From Vicugna vicugna (Eukaryota): a stretch of DNA of 64,000 bases. Below the pieces are notes generated by a model, which did not search any database, was not told where the DNA came from, and saw only the letters and a program-made list of their open reading frames with translations. A program made the position numbers and the translations under genes. Shown piece by piece: positions 41,963 to 55,439 of the stretch (position 1 is the stretch's first letter; every line of letters begins with the position of its first letter). The stretch is from positions 92,972 through 156,971 of the forward strand of contig MU061542.1 in assembly GCA_013265495.1 (NCBI GenBank). Reading direction: 5' to 3'.

Positions 41963-42197
41963 TCCATTTCTTTTCAATACATTAATAAGCATTTCCCTGT
42001 GTTAAATTTTTACAGATGAAATATCTAACATAGCTTCTGTTTTCCTGACAAGAATTGTAGGTTAAAATTGTCAGTTGTGGTTTTCACCTTCATACCTTGC
42101 TTATGTTTTCCTTTCTCTAGAATATTTTTGTGGTTTTTCTTCCCCTCTGAGTACCTTCCCCTTAGAGTACCTTGAAGGCCTCTTTTACTCTGTTAGA

Positions 42198-42232
42198 GCG
42201 TGTGTGCGTGTATGTGTGTGTGTGTGTGTGTG
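42198..42232. repeat. (GT)n microsatellite
   Basis: Seen directly. Confidence 0.95.
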
Positions 42233-42573
42233 GTTTTCCAGGTAACTTCAGTTAGTTCACATGGGTATTTGCTTCTCCAAAATTTCATGGCAGTCATTAG
42301 TTGAAATGTATAACATATCAGTTATTAACCACAGTGGTTCACACATTAAAATACACTGTACACAGACAAGCAAAACTATATTTTTTGATTTTTAGTACTG
42401 ATTGGCTAAATTTTGTTGAGGTGAAAAATAATGTTATCTAAATCCTGTAAGATTAGTGTGGTACAATAATCCAAATAAATTTTTAGGTAAAATTATTGGA
42501 TTTTTATCTTTGAGTCTCCCACTCTTCACTCTCACACAAAATGTTGTTTGGTCTTAAAAGATCTTATAGGGAT

Positions 42574-43243
42574 TGAGGAGAGATAGATTCCCAGATCCAG
42601 TTTCCTCTGTGTATTCCCTGGTCTCCCCTCTAACATGATCTGAGCTGCTCCCTGGATGGATGACTGCAGAGGTAAATCACATTCCAAACTCAGGAATTTT
42701 ATTTTCCACTGTAACTTAAGTCTAAGGATAACTCACCTCAGGTTCTGATCTCACTTTCTCTGAGAATGTCCTAATTTCTTATCTAATTGATTTGAGTCCT
42801 CCACTGAACCTCACTGAGAACCCATATATTTCTTCAGTCATGTACCAATTGGTATGATAACTGAAACCAACATAATTTTTCTTGTCCTTCTCTTAGAAAC
42901 ATTGCTGAGGATAAGCATGAGGAATTTAGCTACTTTCTCCAAGAAATTATTGCCACTGAACAATAGGACTGTGTACCAAATAAAATAGTTATTTAAGGAG
43001 ACTGTCATAAATTGCTTTAAGATCCTCTTCTCAGGGTGCTTACTAATTCAAAGCTATTATGTGATGATATCCTTCCAATTCCAAATAAAATAGTCTTTTC
43101 TTAATTTCCCTCTTCTGAGATACTAATAAGGTTATGTCAAGGTGATATTGTCCCTTATTAGAGTAAGTCTAATGAATTTTGCTATGCTTGATCAAATGTT
43201 TTACTTTGTTTTGTTTTCCTAGAAGTATTTTAGGGAATCAACA
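42574..43243 (+). mobile_element. MER110-like ancient ERV1 LTR
   Basis: 3' part tgagatacta...gtcaaggtgatattgtcccttatt...gtaagtctaatgaa...gcttgatcaa...agggaatcaaca. The 5' boundary is uncertain. Confidence 0.55.
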
Positions 43244-43819
43244 ATTGACTGGTAATTGGCCCCTTCCTGTCTAGATAGTTTCTGAGATTTGCCTATTGAA
43301 TCTCTATATTGTCACACTCTACCTGCTCTCTGCAGGGCAATATTTAGAATTCAATGTCCCAAATACAAAACACAAGAAAAGAAAAAGATTTGAGAAAGAT
43401 AAATTCTGCCCTTACTGCTGCCTATCCACTCTGCACCAACAAGCTTAGTTTAATGTGACAACTTAACAGATTACTGCAGGCAGTTTGTAAGGGTGTCTTT
43501 TTCCAAAGTTCCAACATTTAGATGGGAAAGCCTTTTCGTCCTTAGCAATTCTCTCAACATATTGAGCAAGTCTCTCTCCTTTGGGCCAAGACTCAGAGAG
43601 GGTCAGATTGGAATTCAGATTGTAGTTTCCAGCTTTTGTCTCTCCTTTCTGCAATCTCTATCGTCAGAAATAAGGATAAATCTCCATTCTTTTTTCTTTT
43701 TGACTTCCCTAAGATCAAATTTCATATTTGACCCAATCAGTCATTTGATGAGCTCAAGGAAAATTTTATGATCAAAAACCTGAAGAGTGAGGATTTATCA
43801 ATGGCTCATTTTCCTAGAT

Positions 43820-44012
43820 CAGTGGTTTTCTAGTAGGGGTACATTATTCTCTCTGAGGACATTTTGCAATATCTAGAGTTATTTTGATTGTCATGATTTA
43901 GGGCATATTATGGACATATGCTGGTAAATATCTTTCAATGCACAGGACATTACCCCAAAACAAAGAATTATCTAGCACAAAATGTCAGTAGTGTTGAGGT
44001 TGAGAACCTTTG
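43820..44012. mobile_element. MER20 hAT-Charlie DNA transposon
   Basis: cagtggtt... terminus and caatgcacaggaca...acaaagaattatc...aaatgtcagtagtg.tgaggttgagaa. 8-bp TSD-like tcctagat / ttctagac. Confidence 0.9.
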
Positions 44013-44869
44013 TTCTAGACAGTGTCACCCTCCTTTAAACTATATCATTAGTGAATGAATATATTTTTATATAGTGATAACTTTTACTTTAATGGCAATG
44101 AGTTATTCATTAATTTATTATATGTATACATATATGCATTTTGGTCGAGTGCAACCAAAACATTGGTGTATCAAAATGATTATAAAAAACTTCTCTTTGT
44201 AGAAATTTTTCCATAGAAGCAGTTCCTTAATTTGCAATACAATTTTGTAAGTATTTACTGCACATCTGCTATGTATAAGCATTACTAGAGAAACCAAATA
44301 TATCTAATTAAAAGTTTATTTCAATCTAGAGGCTTAAAACCAGTAAGATCTACTCCAATAAGAACTACAATTAAGATTTAAAATTTTATTTAAAAGGAGA
44401 GGGGAGTAAAAGAATACTTCTTGCTAGGAAGTTGTGGAAAGGCCTTATTCACAGCAGTAGGATTTAGGAACATTGGGAAATCATGTGAAGTGTTCAAGAA
44501 AAAGAACTTGTTGACAAATGCAGCAATCTGAATTCCATGGTAAAGATGAGTTGATTAATTTTATTTTAATCCATTTAATATGCTTCATATAATAAGTGAG
44601 GATTAAGAAGATATTTAAAGGATTTTTTTAAAAAGGTAAATTGTCTTCTTGGTATTGGAGATTGTCTTCAAGCATATGGTTGCACATGAAAATGTGCATG
44701 GAAAATGGAAACAAACTTGGATATGCTTAGAAATGGAATATATGAATTTCAGATTGATTGTTTTACATGTTGTACATTAATAAGCATTTATTTTTCATTT
44801 ATTTGGAAGAGTAAATTGAAAGTATTTGACTAATCAAAAATGTATGTATATCTTCAAGCTTGTATCTTT

Positions 44870-46610
44870 TTTTTTTACATTTTTATTGATTCATAATCAT
44901 TTTACAGTGTTGTGTCAAATTCCAGTGTTCAGCACAATTTTTCAATCATTCATGGACATATACACACTCATTGTCACATTTATTTCTCTGTGATTTATCA
45001 TAACATTTTGTGTATATTTCCCTGTGCTATACAGTGTAATCTTGTTTATCTGTTCTACAATTTTGAAATCCCAGTCTATCCCTTCCCACCCTCTACCCCG
45101 CCCCCCACCCCGGTAACCACAAGTCTGTATTCTCTGTCCATGAGTCTATTTCTGTCCTATATTTATGCTTTGTTTTTGTTTGTTTGTTTGTTTTTGTTTT
45201 TTAGATTCCACATATGACCGATCTCATATGGTATTTTTCTTTCTCTTTCTGGCTTACTTCACTTAGAATGACATTCTCTAGGAGCATCCATGTTGCTGCA
45301 AATGGCATTATGTTGTCGGTTTTTATGGCTGAGTAGTATTCCATTGTATAAATATACCACCTCTTCTTTATCCAGTCACCTGTTGATGGACATTTAGGCT
45401 GTTTCCATGTTTTGGCTATTGTAAATAGTGCTGCTATGAACATTGGGGTGCAGGTGTCATCCTGAAGTAGATTTCCTTCTGGATACAAGCCCAGGAGTGG
45501 GATTCCTGGGTCATATGGTAAGTCTATTCCTAGTCTTTTGAGGAATCTCCACACTGTTTTCCATAGTGGCTGCACCAAACTGCATTCCCACCAGCAGTGT
45601 AGGAGGGTTCCCCTTTCTCCACAGCCTCTCCAGCATTTGTCATTTTTGGATTTTTGAATGACGGCCATTCTGACTGGTGTGAGGTGATACCTCATTGTAG
45701 TTTTGATTTGCATTTCTCTGATAATTAGTGATATTGAACATTTTTTCATGTGCTTTTTGATCATTTGTATGTCTTCCTTGGAGAATTGCTTGTTTAGGTC
45801 TTCTGCCCATTTTTGGATTGGGTTGTTTATTTTTTTCTTATTGAGTCGTATGAGCTGCTTATATATTTTGGAGATCAAGCCTTTGTCGGTTTCACTTGCA
45901 AAAATTTTCTCCCATTCCGTAGGTTTTCTTCTTGTTTTATTTCTGGTTTCCTTTGCTCTGCAGAAGCTTGTAAGTTTCATTAGGTCCCATTTGTTTATTC
46001 TTGCTTTTATTTCTTCTAGGAGAAAATTTTTGAAATGTATGTCAGATAATGTTTTGCCTATGTTTTCCTCTAGGAGGTTTATTGTATCTTGTCTTATGTT
46101 TAAGTCTTTAATCCATTTTGAGTTGATTTTTGTATATGGTGTAAGGGTGTGTTCTAGCTTCATTGATTTACATGCTGCTGTCCAGTTTTCCCAACACCAT
46201 TTGCTGAAGAGACTGTCTTTATTCCATTGTATATTCTTGCCTCCTTTGTCGAAGATGAGTTGACCAAAAGTTTGTGGGTTCATTTCTGGGCTCTCTATTC
46301 TGTTCCATTGGTCTATATGTCTGTTTTGGTACCAATACCATGCTGTCTTGATGACTGTAGCTCTATAGTATTGTCTGAAGTCTGGGAGAGTTATTCCTCC
46401 AGCCTCTTTCTTTCTCTTCAGTAATGCTTTAGCAATTCTAGGTCTTTGATGGTTCCATATAAATTTTATTATGATTTGTTCTAGTTCTGTGAAATATGTC
46501 CTGGGTAATTGGATAGGGATTGCATGAAATCTGTAGATTGCCTTGGGCAGTGTGACCATTTTAACAATATTGATTCTTCCAATCCAAGAGCATGGAATAT
46601 CTTTCCATAG
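44870..46610 (-). mobile_element. Young 5'-truncated camelid L1 insertion
   Basis: Perfect 17-bp TSD ttcaagcttgtatcttt (44853-44869, 46611-46627), short poly(A), complete 3' UTR and an open ORF2 fragment. Confidence 0.98.
45201..46607 (-). CDS. L1 ORF2p C-terminal remnant; open frame, but lacking EN, RT core and promoter, so not a host gene
   Basis: 452-aa [14 protein letters not shown]...[12 protein letters not shown]...[18 protein letters not shown] (CCHC motif)...EYYSAIK. The frame stays open upstream ([16 protein letters not shown]) to the truncation point. Confidence 0.9.
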   Translation of the reverse strand, partial: WKDIPCSWIGRINIVKMVTLPKAIYRFHAIPIQLPRTYFTELEQIIIKFIWNHQRPRIAKALLKRKKEAGGITLPDFRQYYRATVIKTAWYWYQNRHIDQWNRIESPEMNPQTFGQLIFDKGGKNIQWNKDSLFSKWCWENWTAACKSMKLEHTLTPYTKINSKWIKDLNIRQDTINLLEENIGKTLSDIHFKNFLLEEIKARINKWDLMKLTSFCRAKETRNKTRRKPTEWEKIFASETDKGLISKIYKQLIRLNKKKINNPIQKWAEDLNKQFSKEDIQMIKKHMKKCSISLIIREMQIKTTMRYHLTPVRMAVIQKSKNDKCWRGCGERGTLLHCWWECSLVQPLWKTVWRFLKRLGIDLPYDPGIPLLGLYPEGNLLQDDTCTPMFIAALFTIAKTWKQPKCPSTGDWIKKRWYIYTMEYYSAIKTDNIMPFAATWMLLENVILSEVSQKEKEKYHMRSVICGI

Positions 46611-46858
46611 TTCAAGCTTGTATCTTTATGAAGAACAAGATTTCATTGAATCACACATTAATGAGATATATTTGCTTCTACCCATATGTAATAATGATAT
46701 TATAGGGGTTTTTGTCTTGAGGGTTTTTTAAAGGTTGTCTTCTTATGGTACATAGGTAAAATTACAAAGATACAGCTAAGTTAATTTATTTACACCGATT
46801 TTTCTTCCATATCACAGGTTTCGACAAGAAGCAGAGTAAAAGGAAAATGTTCTCTTTT

Positions 46859-47043
46859 TCTTTTCTTTTTTTACATTTTTTATTAAGTTATAGTGATTTT
46901 ACAAAGTTATGTCAAATTCCAGTGTAGAGCATAATTTTTCAGTTATACATGAACATATATATATTCATTGTCACATTTTTTTCTGCTGTGAGCTACCACA
47001 AGATCTTGTATATATTTCCCAGTGCTATACAGCATAATCTTGC
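46859..47043 (-). mobile_element. Short L1 3'-UTR-only insertion, related to the 44.9-kb L1
   Basis: Shares ttacatttttatt...tgtcaaattccagtgt...cattgtcacatt...gtgctatacag with the young L1. Perfect 12-bp TSD atgttctctttt (46847-46858, 47044-47055). Confidence 0.93.
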
Positions 47044-47874
47044 ATGTTCTCTTTTGATACTACTAAAAGTCATCAGTAACTTTCTTAAAGGTCAAACGTT
47101 TGTGTCCATAAAAACAAATTTCAGTTATCTTGAACACACTTTGCAACTGCCATTCCATGTATTTATGTATGCTTGACTATTCAAGCTAAAAAAGAAAAGA
47201 GAAAAAAATGTACACTTGTGAGGTCCATCAGATTTTTTCCTATGTTGGAGACCTAATTTTAGCCTTCAGGAAAATGGCAAGGCATATTTGTTTACTTTGT
47301 GTTACATAATTTGAATCAAAGAATTACTTATCAGTTTTAATTTGCATTCTGAAAATTTAAAAATTAATGTTGAAACTATTGCATTTATTATTTTAATACT
47401 GTTTTCAAAATTGTTGACTCAGCTTTGGATCCTGGGATTTTCAATATTAAAAGTGATGTATAAATATTTAATCTTATTTATATGTAAATATATTACTGTA
47501 GTCATTTGCTACATGAATTACAATCAATGTCTTTTAAATATTACTGAATAAAACACATTAGTTTTAATAACAACCACTGGTTTCTATTTATCCAACAGAA
47601 ATTTTAAATTGATTTTAAATTATTTTAACACAAAGTAATTGGCATGATTAGAAAACAGTCATTCTTGAATGTTTACATAACTCTTTTAGGCCTCATATAA
47701 TGATATTTGCCATTCTAAACTTTCAGTTTCTGGAAGAGTTAAGAAGATATATTATCAAATATGTGTGATTTGTGACACCTAAGACATTTCTACATATGAC
47801 TAGTAGAGTGGGACCATTTCTAGCCAATCCATTCATTCTTGATATTCAGTGATAAATACTGAATACACTAATTA

Positions 47875-48460
47875 TGAAGGAGAATTATTAACAAAATGGC
47901 CACACTTAGGCTAACAGATTGTTTATTCTTATGCTTGCCCTTAAAATGGTCAACTAGCCTGACTGACCATTGCTACTCACAAGTCCAGGCCCATTGTTAA
48001 AATAAAGCTATTAATTTTATTGTCTCTGCTTTATTCCAGTAATTGAAAGCAGTAATCATACTTGTTTTCTGAGTTGTTATCCAGGGAGAAGGTCACAGGA
48101 CTATAACCTTACAAAGTAGCCTGAATTATCAAAAAGACCACAACTTGGGTACTTATAAGATAAAGAGATCAAAAGAGTGACAACCACTAACCTCTATAGA
48201 ACTGGTCACCTGGAGCCACTATGACACTACTCTGAGTCTTTTAAGAGGAAAATGATTCTGTTGATTGTCGTTGATGCCTTATTGTTTGAGCTATGGCTAT
48301 ATAATCACCCTACCCAATCCCCAAAGGGGGTTCACAGTTTTGAAGGCACTAGCCTACTGAGTCCCCTTTGTCCAACAAAATAATAAAGCTGTCTCTTCTT
48401 CTGTGCTCTGCCTCTGAGTTTCAATTTGGCTCATCAAGGACAGGGGCAGATCTTTTGTCA
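47875..48460 (+). mobile_element. Solo ERV1-class LTR
   Basis: TG...CA termini, 4-bp TSD ATTA (47871-47874, 48461-48464), TATATAA at 48298-48304 and AATAAA at 48382-48387. Confidence 0.85.
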
Positions 48461-50479
48461 ATTACTCAAGTATACATGTTCCCTGTATGTGACAGAAGTA
48501 AATATGTCATGCTGTGAATGATGTTGATGTTAAAGACACATTGGCTTTGCAGGTTATCAGGTGAATATCTTATACTTAATGTCATAAAAAATAGACACAG
48601 AGTTTCTGAAAAGATAAACTCTACCTTGAATATTTTTGAAATATACCATGAATATTTGTGAAAGCAGACTATTTTATAACAGGAGAACCTTTGTAAGCAA
48701 ACTTTTTGGACCTGCAAAGTTGATATAGCAGATAGTGTAATAAATAAGATTTACTGGTTCAAAATAATTAACTGAGAACCAAATGGTAACTTGAGCTCTG
48801 TGAATACCAGTCTCAATTGAGTGACTCGGTCATAATTATGCACCATTTAAGACTAGACTTTAAAAAGGCAATTTAAATGAAATTCATCATAATCACAAAG
48901 GAGGTAAATAGAGAAGAAAGGTTTGAACTTTTAGCCTTAGAGACTCTCCATTAGAATCAGAAGAATTCTTATAGTACAGGCTTTCTTATTCATCATTAAT
49001 ATTCCCTTCCTTTCAGTGTTATTATGAGGCCCTGTTATAAATAATGATTTTCATGAGAGTTCTTCCAGCTCTCCATTATCAGGAATGTTTACTAGATACC
49101 CCAATAAAACAGCCTGAATTTTCAACATTATAGCTCATGAGGTCAATTTTCAGCATTACAGCTCATGAGGTTACTCAATTTTAAGTGGGGGCTTTATTTC
49201 AGACTCTAACCCCTCAGCCAACAAAATAGCTTTATACTTACAGATTGGATAGCAGTGTAAAGTGGGAATATTATTTTCCTTATTATGCATGAATATGCAA
49301 AACTGTAAAATATATTTCTCTTTCTTGCTAATTCTATAGTCCTATGATAAATAGCATTTTGTCTATTGTCATCTAAAATGTATGTATGCATACACACAAA
49401 CATATATACATACACACATATGGAAAATATTAGAGATAATTGTAATAGCATACAGGTGTTTCTGGTTTGTTCTCACTTAAATTCCTCTATTAGAGTAAGG
49501 TGAAGTGAATCTATTGAATTCCTACATATTTTCTCACCCAAAATGTTTCAGGAGAATTTACTTATATGAACTGTTTTAAGTTCAATACACAAGCACCATG
49601 CCTAGCAGCAGACAGGAAACGGATGCATTGCACATAATTCCTCCATGCTATCTAAGCCAAAGCAATAATCCTCTTTTCTTCCAAATTAAATATTATAATT
49701 TGGACCCACCTCTGAAAATAATAAGTGATTTAAAATAAATATATACAAAATAGTAAATACATAATATGATTAAAATAGACTAACAAATTATATTAAAACT
49801 TTTTATTTGTTATTATCTTGCTCATTAAAAACAGAGCAAGTAAGCACAATTTAAAATATAATTTATACAAATGACATTCTTCAGAATATTTCTTCAGAGC
49901 TGTATAGAAATAGTATCAAAGCACCATTGCCTCTGGCTTGTATTTACTTATGACAACTTTAGAATACACTGAATTTTAATGAACATAAATAACACTCATG
50001 AAATAAGATAAATTAAAAGATATCAGGCCCAAAGCAGTTATCTGAAATTTAAGTGTATTTTCTTAGAATACTAGGAAAACAAAACTCAGACTAGGCTGCA
50101 AATAATTTAATTTGTCTGTAGTTTATGAAAGGCAAATAATTGTATTTTCCTTTATACTTTTTTTATTTCTTAAATGTTTACTTTTTCAATATAAAGTATA
50201 TTTTATATATATTAAAATACATTTTAAAAATGTGTAGCATATATTACTGCACTTTTAAAAGTAAGTCTTTCATAGATGAAATAATTTGCATGCCCATTAA
50301 ACTTTCACTGCCTAAAGCTTTACTGAAAACTCTTTACTGAAAACTAGAACACTCGACTAAATTCATGAAATATAGGCTTGATTCTTACTGGCTTCTTCAC
50401 GCCTTTGTAAGTAATAAATATAATATGTAAATTTATGTTATATTATTGCCTATATGTACAATTTAATGGTTGTTTGCAC

Positions 50480-50690
50480 AATTCTAGAGTAAGTCAACTG
50501 GGTATGAAAATTGTTCCATCACTCACTGGCTCTTTTTGAACAGAGTTCACTGAAAATAGTTCTTTACCTGTAAAATATAGATAACAATTTATCTAGGATT
50601 ATTACAAAGATTACATAAGATAATAAATGTAAAGCATTTACAATAGAATGTACCATATTGCAAGCACAAAATAAATATCAGCAGTATTTC
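50480..50690 (+). mobile_element. MIR SINE
   Basis: acctgtaaaata.agataaca...attattacaaagattacataagataataaatgtaaagcattta...aataaatatcagc. Confidence 0.75.
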
Positions 50691-51979
50691 ATTTTTATTT
50701 TAAAAAATTTTATTATTAAATATTGTTTGAGATGATGTATCCAAATAGGGCTTCCTTGTAAAAACTGAAAAATATTCTGCAGAATATTGAGATGCCCTCT
50801 CTGATAGCAACTGCATTGCAGATATATATACATTACTTGTATAAGCTACTCAACATCTCCTTCTTTACCTGCTCATCCCCTACCTCATCACTTTAAATTT
50901 AGCTCTAACAAGGTATAATCTATAGAGTATATATCCAAATAACTAGTTAGAAAATTGTTCTTTGTCCTTTACAGTTATAACTACAAAGTTCAAAAAAATT
51001 AAAATTATGACCTGTACTATGAGAAGTCATAGTACTCTACATGTAGTACTGGGGGTCAGGACATGTCACCCAAAGAAGTAACATTAAGAAAAAAGAAGAG
51101 ATACTGTCTGAGAATTAATTACCCAGGAAATCTTTTATGAAGAGGAAGGGAGGTAATGATATTGAATGAGCACCAAGCTGCTGAGGAATTCAGAGGCAAG
51201 AGAAATCTAGAACTTCAGAGAACTCAAAGAAATTCATTTGGGATGCAGAACATGAAAGAGAAGATGAAAACAGATGTAATCATATCAAATTAGCTAAAAT
51301 TTATCATTCAGTAAACAGAATGTTGCTGAAATTACACACAGAGGAAACTGTTAAATTGCAGTAGTCTATGAAAGATTTGCAAATCACTTGGACAAAGGAT
51401 AAAGAGAGGTGTATGGGTTCAACACATATTCAGAAAGTATAGTAGATTCTAGCAGGAGAATGGATATTAGTATTGACAAAAAAGGTAAAAAAATATTACA
51501 AATATATACACTTGAACAAAGGCTGGAAGATGTTCAATGCTGGAGGAGAAGTATGCTGACACTGAGGAATTACATGTCTTCCTGGTGAAGATTCCAGGGG
51601 CTGTTTGCTTGTTCTAAAAATATTAATTTTTTGCGAGTGTAAATATCAAATCAGATCTAATTGAATCCAGGAAAGAATCAGCACATCAAAGTAAAAATCA
51701 ACTGTCATAGGTGCTTTGGTAAAACTGTAAGTGTAGTGTCAGAATCCAAAGGAACAGAATGTCTAAGGAAGGAAAATATAAGAATGCTAACTAGTACTCT
51801 GGTTCCTCTAATTTGATTACTTGGATTAATCAAAATTATCTTCATTGTAATTCAGTAAGGCATGTATCAGTGTAAGTAAAACATAGGAACTTACCCAAAG
51901 TTACAAATGTTCTGTGTCTGGTTTGGGATTTAGTCAGAGTTCTTGGAATCACCCCCTATACTATACTGCATATATAAAG

Positions 51980-52175
51980 TTTCTTCTTCTCCTTTTCCTC
52001 CTCCTCCTCCTCTTCCTCCTTCCCCTTCCCCTTCTCCTTCCTCTCCTTCTTCTCCTCCTCTTTCTTCTCTTCCTTCTTTCACTTCTTCCTCTTCCTCTTC
52101 TTCATCTTCCTCTTCCTGTCTCTCTCTCTATCACACACAGACACACACACATACACATACACACATGCATGCACA
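51980..52175. repeat. Polypyrimidine (CCT/CTT)n tract followed by (CA)n
   Basis: Seen directly. Confidence 0.95.
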
Positions 52176-52519
52176 CAGAACTCTTGTAGGTGTTCAAGCT
52201 GGGCTTTTAAGACAGATCTGCTTTAAGCATATCTTAAAATCCAGGCTTCTCGTAATCCACCATATGGAGAATGTGGCATTTATCCATGTTTCAAGATAGC
52301 AACTTAGCTCTACGGGGTGGTGGGAGAGGGGTATGGAGAAGAGAAAAAAGAATACAGTTATATTTAGATGTCTCTAAAACAAACCAAGCCAAAATGTCAT
52401 TTTTATGTAATATCCATAAACTCATTGAGAAAAAGAAAGCTGGGAAATTCAGTCTTAATGTTTAGTATATTAGTTTCAATATCCATATTTCCAAATAATT
52501 TGCTTATGTTCTTAATTTT

Positions 52520-53370
52520 AATTTTAGGCATTTCTTATTTATTTTTTTACTACACAAGATAAGGACTTAGCTCTCAGGCAAATCAAACTTTTTATCCCAT
52601 CTTCATCTTTTCAAAATGGTTAAGCCATATCTTTTTGTTTTGGCAATAATCTGTATGTGCATCACTATAATTATGTAGACATTACTCATATCTGAGTCAT
52701 ACCATAGATGAAACTGCCCCTTTTATATTATTTTATTTTCCTGGAGCTGATAAGAACTCTTTATGTTCTTACTTAGTGCCATTACTCCAGTCAGCCACCC
52801 TCAATATCTCCAAAGTGTAAACAGCAGATATTCTGTCAATTTCATTTACATGGGGACATGCTCCTGGATTTTTCTGGAGTGATTGCTCTTTAGGACTACA
52901 ACATAGAAATTATGTTGTGATTTCCCTCCATCATCATACTGGGAATCTCCTCACATCTTTACTATGTGAATCTTTTGCTATCTATATCTCAGGACTTTTC
53001 TCTATTGCTTTATTCCTTACAGAAGTAGGATAGCTTCTTGAAAATGTGACTGTATCTAAGTATCTGAAACTTTGCTTGTTTCTATTAATCCTTAAATAGT
53101 GACTTAATATTTAACTAGGTATATATGCATAGTATGAATACATTTATTAGAAACAGTATCAACATTTGGGAAGTGAAATGCCATTTTGGTTATTGAGCCT
53201 TTGCTTAGCCTATTTTTGGTTGTTAACTTTTTCATCCCCTGGAAGACTTTTTAATATTATTTTTGAAACTTGCATTTTGAAATTTCAATCAATGAGTTTT
53301 AATGTAGATCTTTTATCATCCTTTTTACTAGGCACACTTTCAATCCTATCAATGTTGAAAAATGTATTGT
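52520..53370 (-). mobile_element. HAL1-like LINE fragment
   Basis: ttccctccatcatcatactgggaat, tagcttcttgaaaa, ccctggaagactttt, tgaaatttcaatc and ctaggcacactttcaatc. Confidence 0.6.
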
Positions 53371-54102
53371 TTTAATTAGTTTAAGAAGAAAAAACACAAG
53401 CAATATACATGGGGAGAAATTGGAAAGCAACTATCCACAAAATGTGTCTGGGCTTAGTCAAGAAAAAAAAAATCAGTATGTTTCATGACTTACATAACAA
53501 ATTATTCTCTTGGGGTTTAAACTTTTCTGATATATAGAACAAGATAGATGATGTCCCAATTCTTTTAAAAAGTTACTTCATACTGATGTCTAAAAGCTTG
53601 CATCAGAGATAAAAGGAACTCAAGCTTATATATAGAAGCAAAAGTAGTACAATACCAATGCTAATAAATCATCTCCAACATTTTATAAGAATGATAAGAC
53701 ATTAAGTACAAGGAAGGTAACTGGCAAAAACACAAAAAGGGTAGTGTATTAATAAATGTATTATACTTAATCATTAGTAGAGAATAAGAGTAAAAGTAAA
53801 ACGTGAACCTTTTAATGGATGCTGAATAAACCATTTGATACATTTCACCATTATAATGAAAACTCATAAGGTAACCACCTTGGCAACCATATCTTCCCTA
53901 AAGGAAGTCAGATGTCCTCTAATTTTACCTTGTTTATTCTCCTTCTTTGATATAATAAAAATGCACATCTATTTTAAATCAACACATACCATCACATTTA
54001 GATTTGAAATGTTGGAGAAGTTTCTGTTAATCTCACAGGTGACCTTTCTAAACATTACCTGAGTTAAAAAAATTTAATTAAATGACTTATAGTGCTGACT
54101 GC

Positions 54103-54760
54103 TGTGATAGACACTGTCTGTTGCTTACTCAAAACTATTTCTCCCCACCCCAATTAAAATCTCATTATTACTTTGTTCTCTGAATCCCTGTCTTGGCCAC
54201 GGAGAACTGAGAAGTAGTCTTGGGCTTAGCTTCTGGAAAACTTTTAATTTTTAATTAAAAAAAAAGTCAAGTGGAATTGAAATGGGATTGACATGATTTT
54301 GTGAAATCTGGAACCACTGCAGCAATTTTGTAACCATGAGAAAAGACAACACTCAACATTTTTATATTTGCAGAAGCATAGAGTCATCCCTCAGTATCCA
54401 TAGATGATTGGTTCCAGGACCTCAGGCAGAATCAAAAATCTGAGGATGCTCAAGTTTCTTACAAAAAGTGGAGTGATATATGCATAACTTACACACATCT
54501 TCTCATATATTTTAAATCATCTCTAGATTACTTATAATACTTAATACAATGTAAATGCCGTATAAATACTTGCTAACACATGGTAAATTCAAGTTTTGCT
54601 TTTTGGAATGTTCTAGACTTTTTCCTACTATTTTCAATCTGCAGTTGGTGGAATAGGGAAATGTGGAACAGAAGGTAAACTGTAGTGTGACAAAGATGGA
54701 AAAATCTTGTCAGAATACTGCTGCAAATCATCACTAAACTAATTTACTTTGCTGAAAACA
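54103..54760 (+). mobile_element. MLT1J/K-like MaLR LTR interrupted by MER2B
   Basis: tgtgatagacactgt start, gcttctggaaaac and ctggaaccactgcagcaattttgtaaccatgag. Confidence 0.5.
54381..54682. mobile_element. MER2B-like TcMar-Tigger element
   Basis: TA TSDs, agtcatccctcagtatcc...gattggttccaggac, gaggatgctcaagt, taaatcatctctagattacttataatac and ggtaaattcaagttttgctttttgga. Confidence 0.88.
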
Positions 54761-55439
54761 ATTATTATTGCTACTTTGTGCCATTACCTCTATTAGAAAA
54801 CATGGAGTTAATATTATTACTAGAGAATGGGCTATAAAATATTTTAAGTATGTTGATTAATTTTTGAATTATATGCTTACAAATAGAAAGTCCAATTCCA
54901 TTAGCAAAGTCAAGAAATTTATATAAATTAAATCAAATAGTATATTTTATGTGATTGTGTGTGTACAATTTTGGTATCTGGCTTCTGGCACTCAGGACAT
55001 ATCTTTAAGTAGTAATGATGTTATGGAATGTTTCAGGAGCTCATTAGATTTTTACTGCTGAATATTATTAATTATATGAATATACCACAGTTTTTCCAAT
55101 TCCTACTGATTTATATTGTTACCAGTTACCAATGCTGTTATGTAAACATGTGTTCCCTATATTCTTGGCTAAATACCTAGAAGTGAAATTTCTGGGTTAT
55201 AGCATACACATATGTTTAAAATTTTAAGAAATGACAAACAACTTGAAAATTAATCACTATTTTAAACTCCATCAGTAATGTGTGAAATTCATAGTCCTTT
55301 CGGATATTTGGACTTTTTCATCTTTTTAAAACCAATTTAGTGAGTTTTTTTTAACCACATTATGATTTATATATTCATATTTCCCTGATTACTAATTCTG
55401 TTGAGCAATTTTTGATATTCTCCTTTACCATTTTCTGTA

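Noticed and set aside
45703..46263. 186-aa plus-strand ORF
   Set aside because: It is the antisense of L1 ORF2. The same hydrophobic peptide recurs at 27247 (MICISLII...), so it is a property of L1 sequence and not a gene.
51914..52299. Leu-rich and Pro/Ser-rich ORFs
   Set aside because: Translation of the (CCT/CTT)n and (CA)n repeats.
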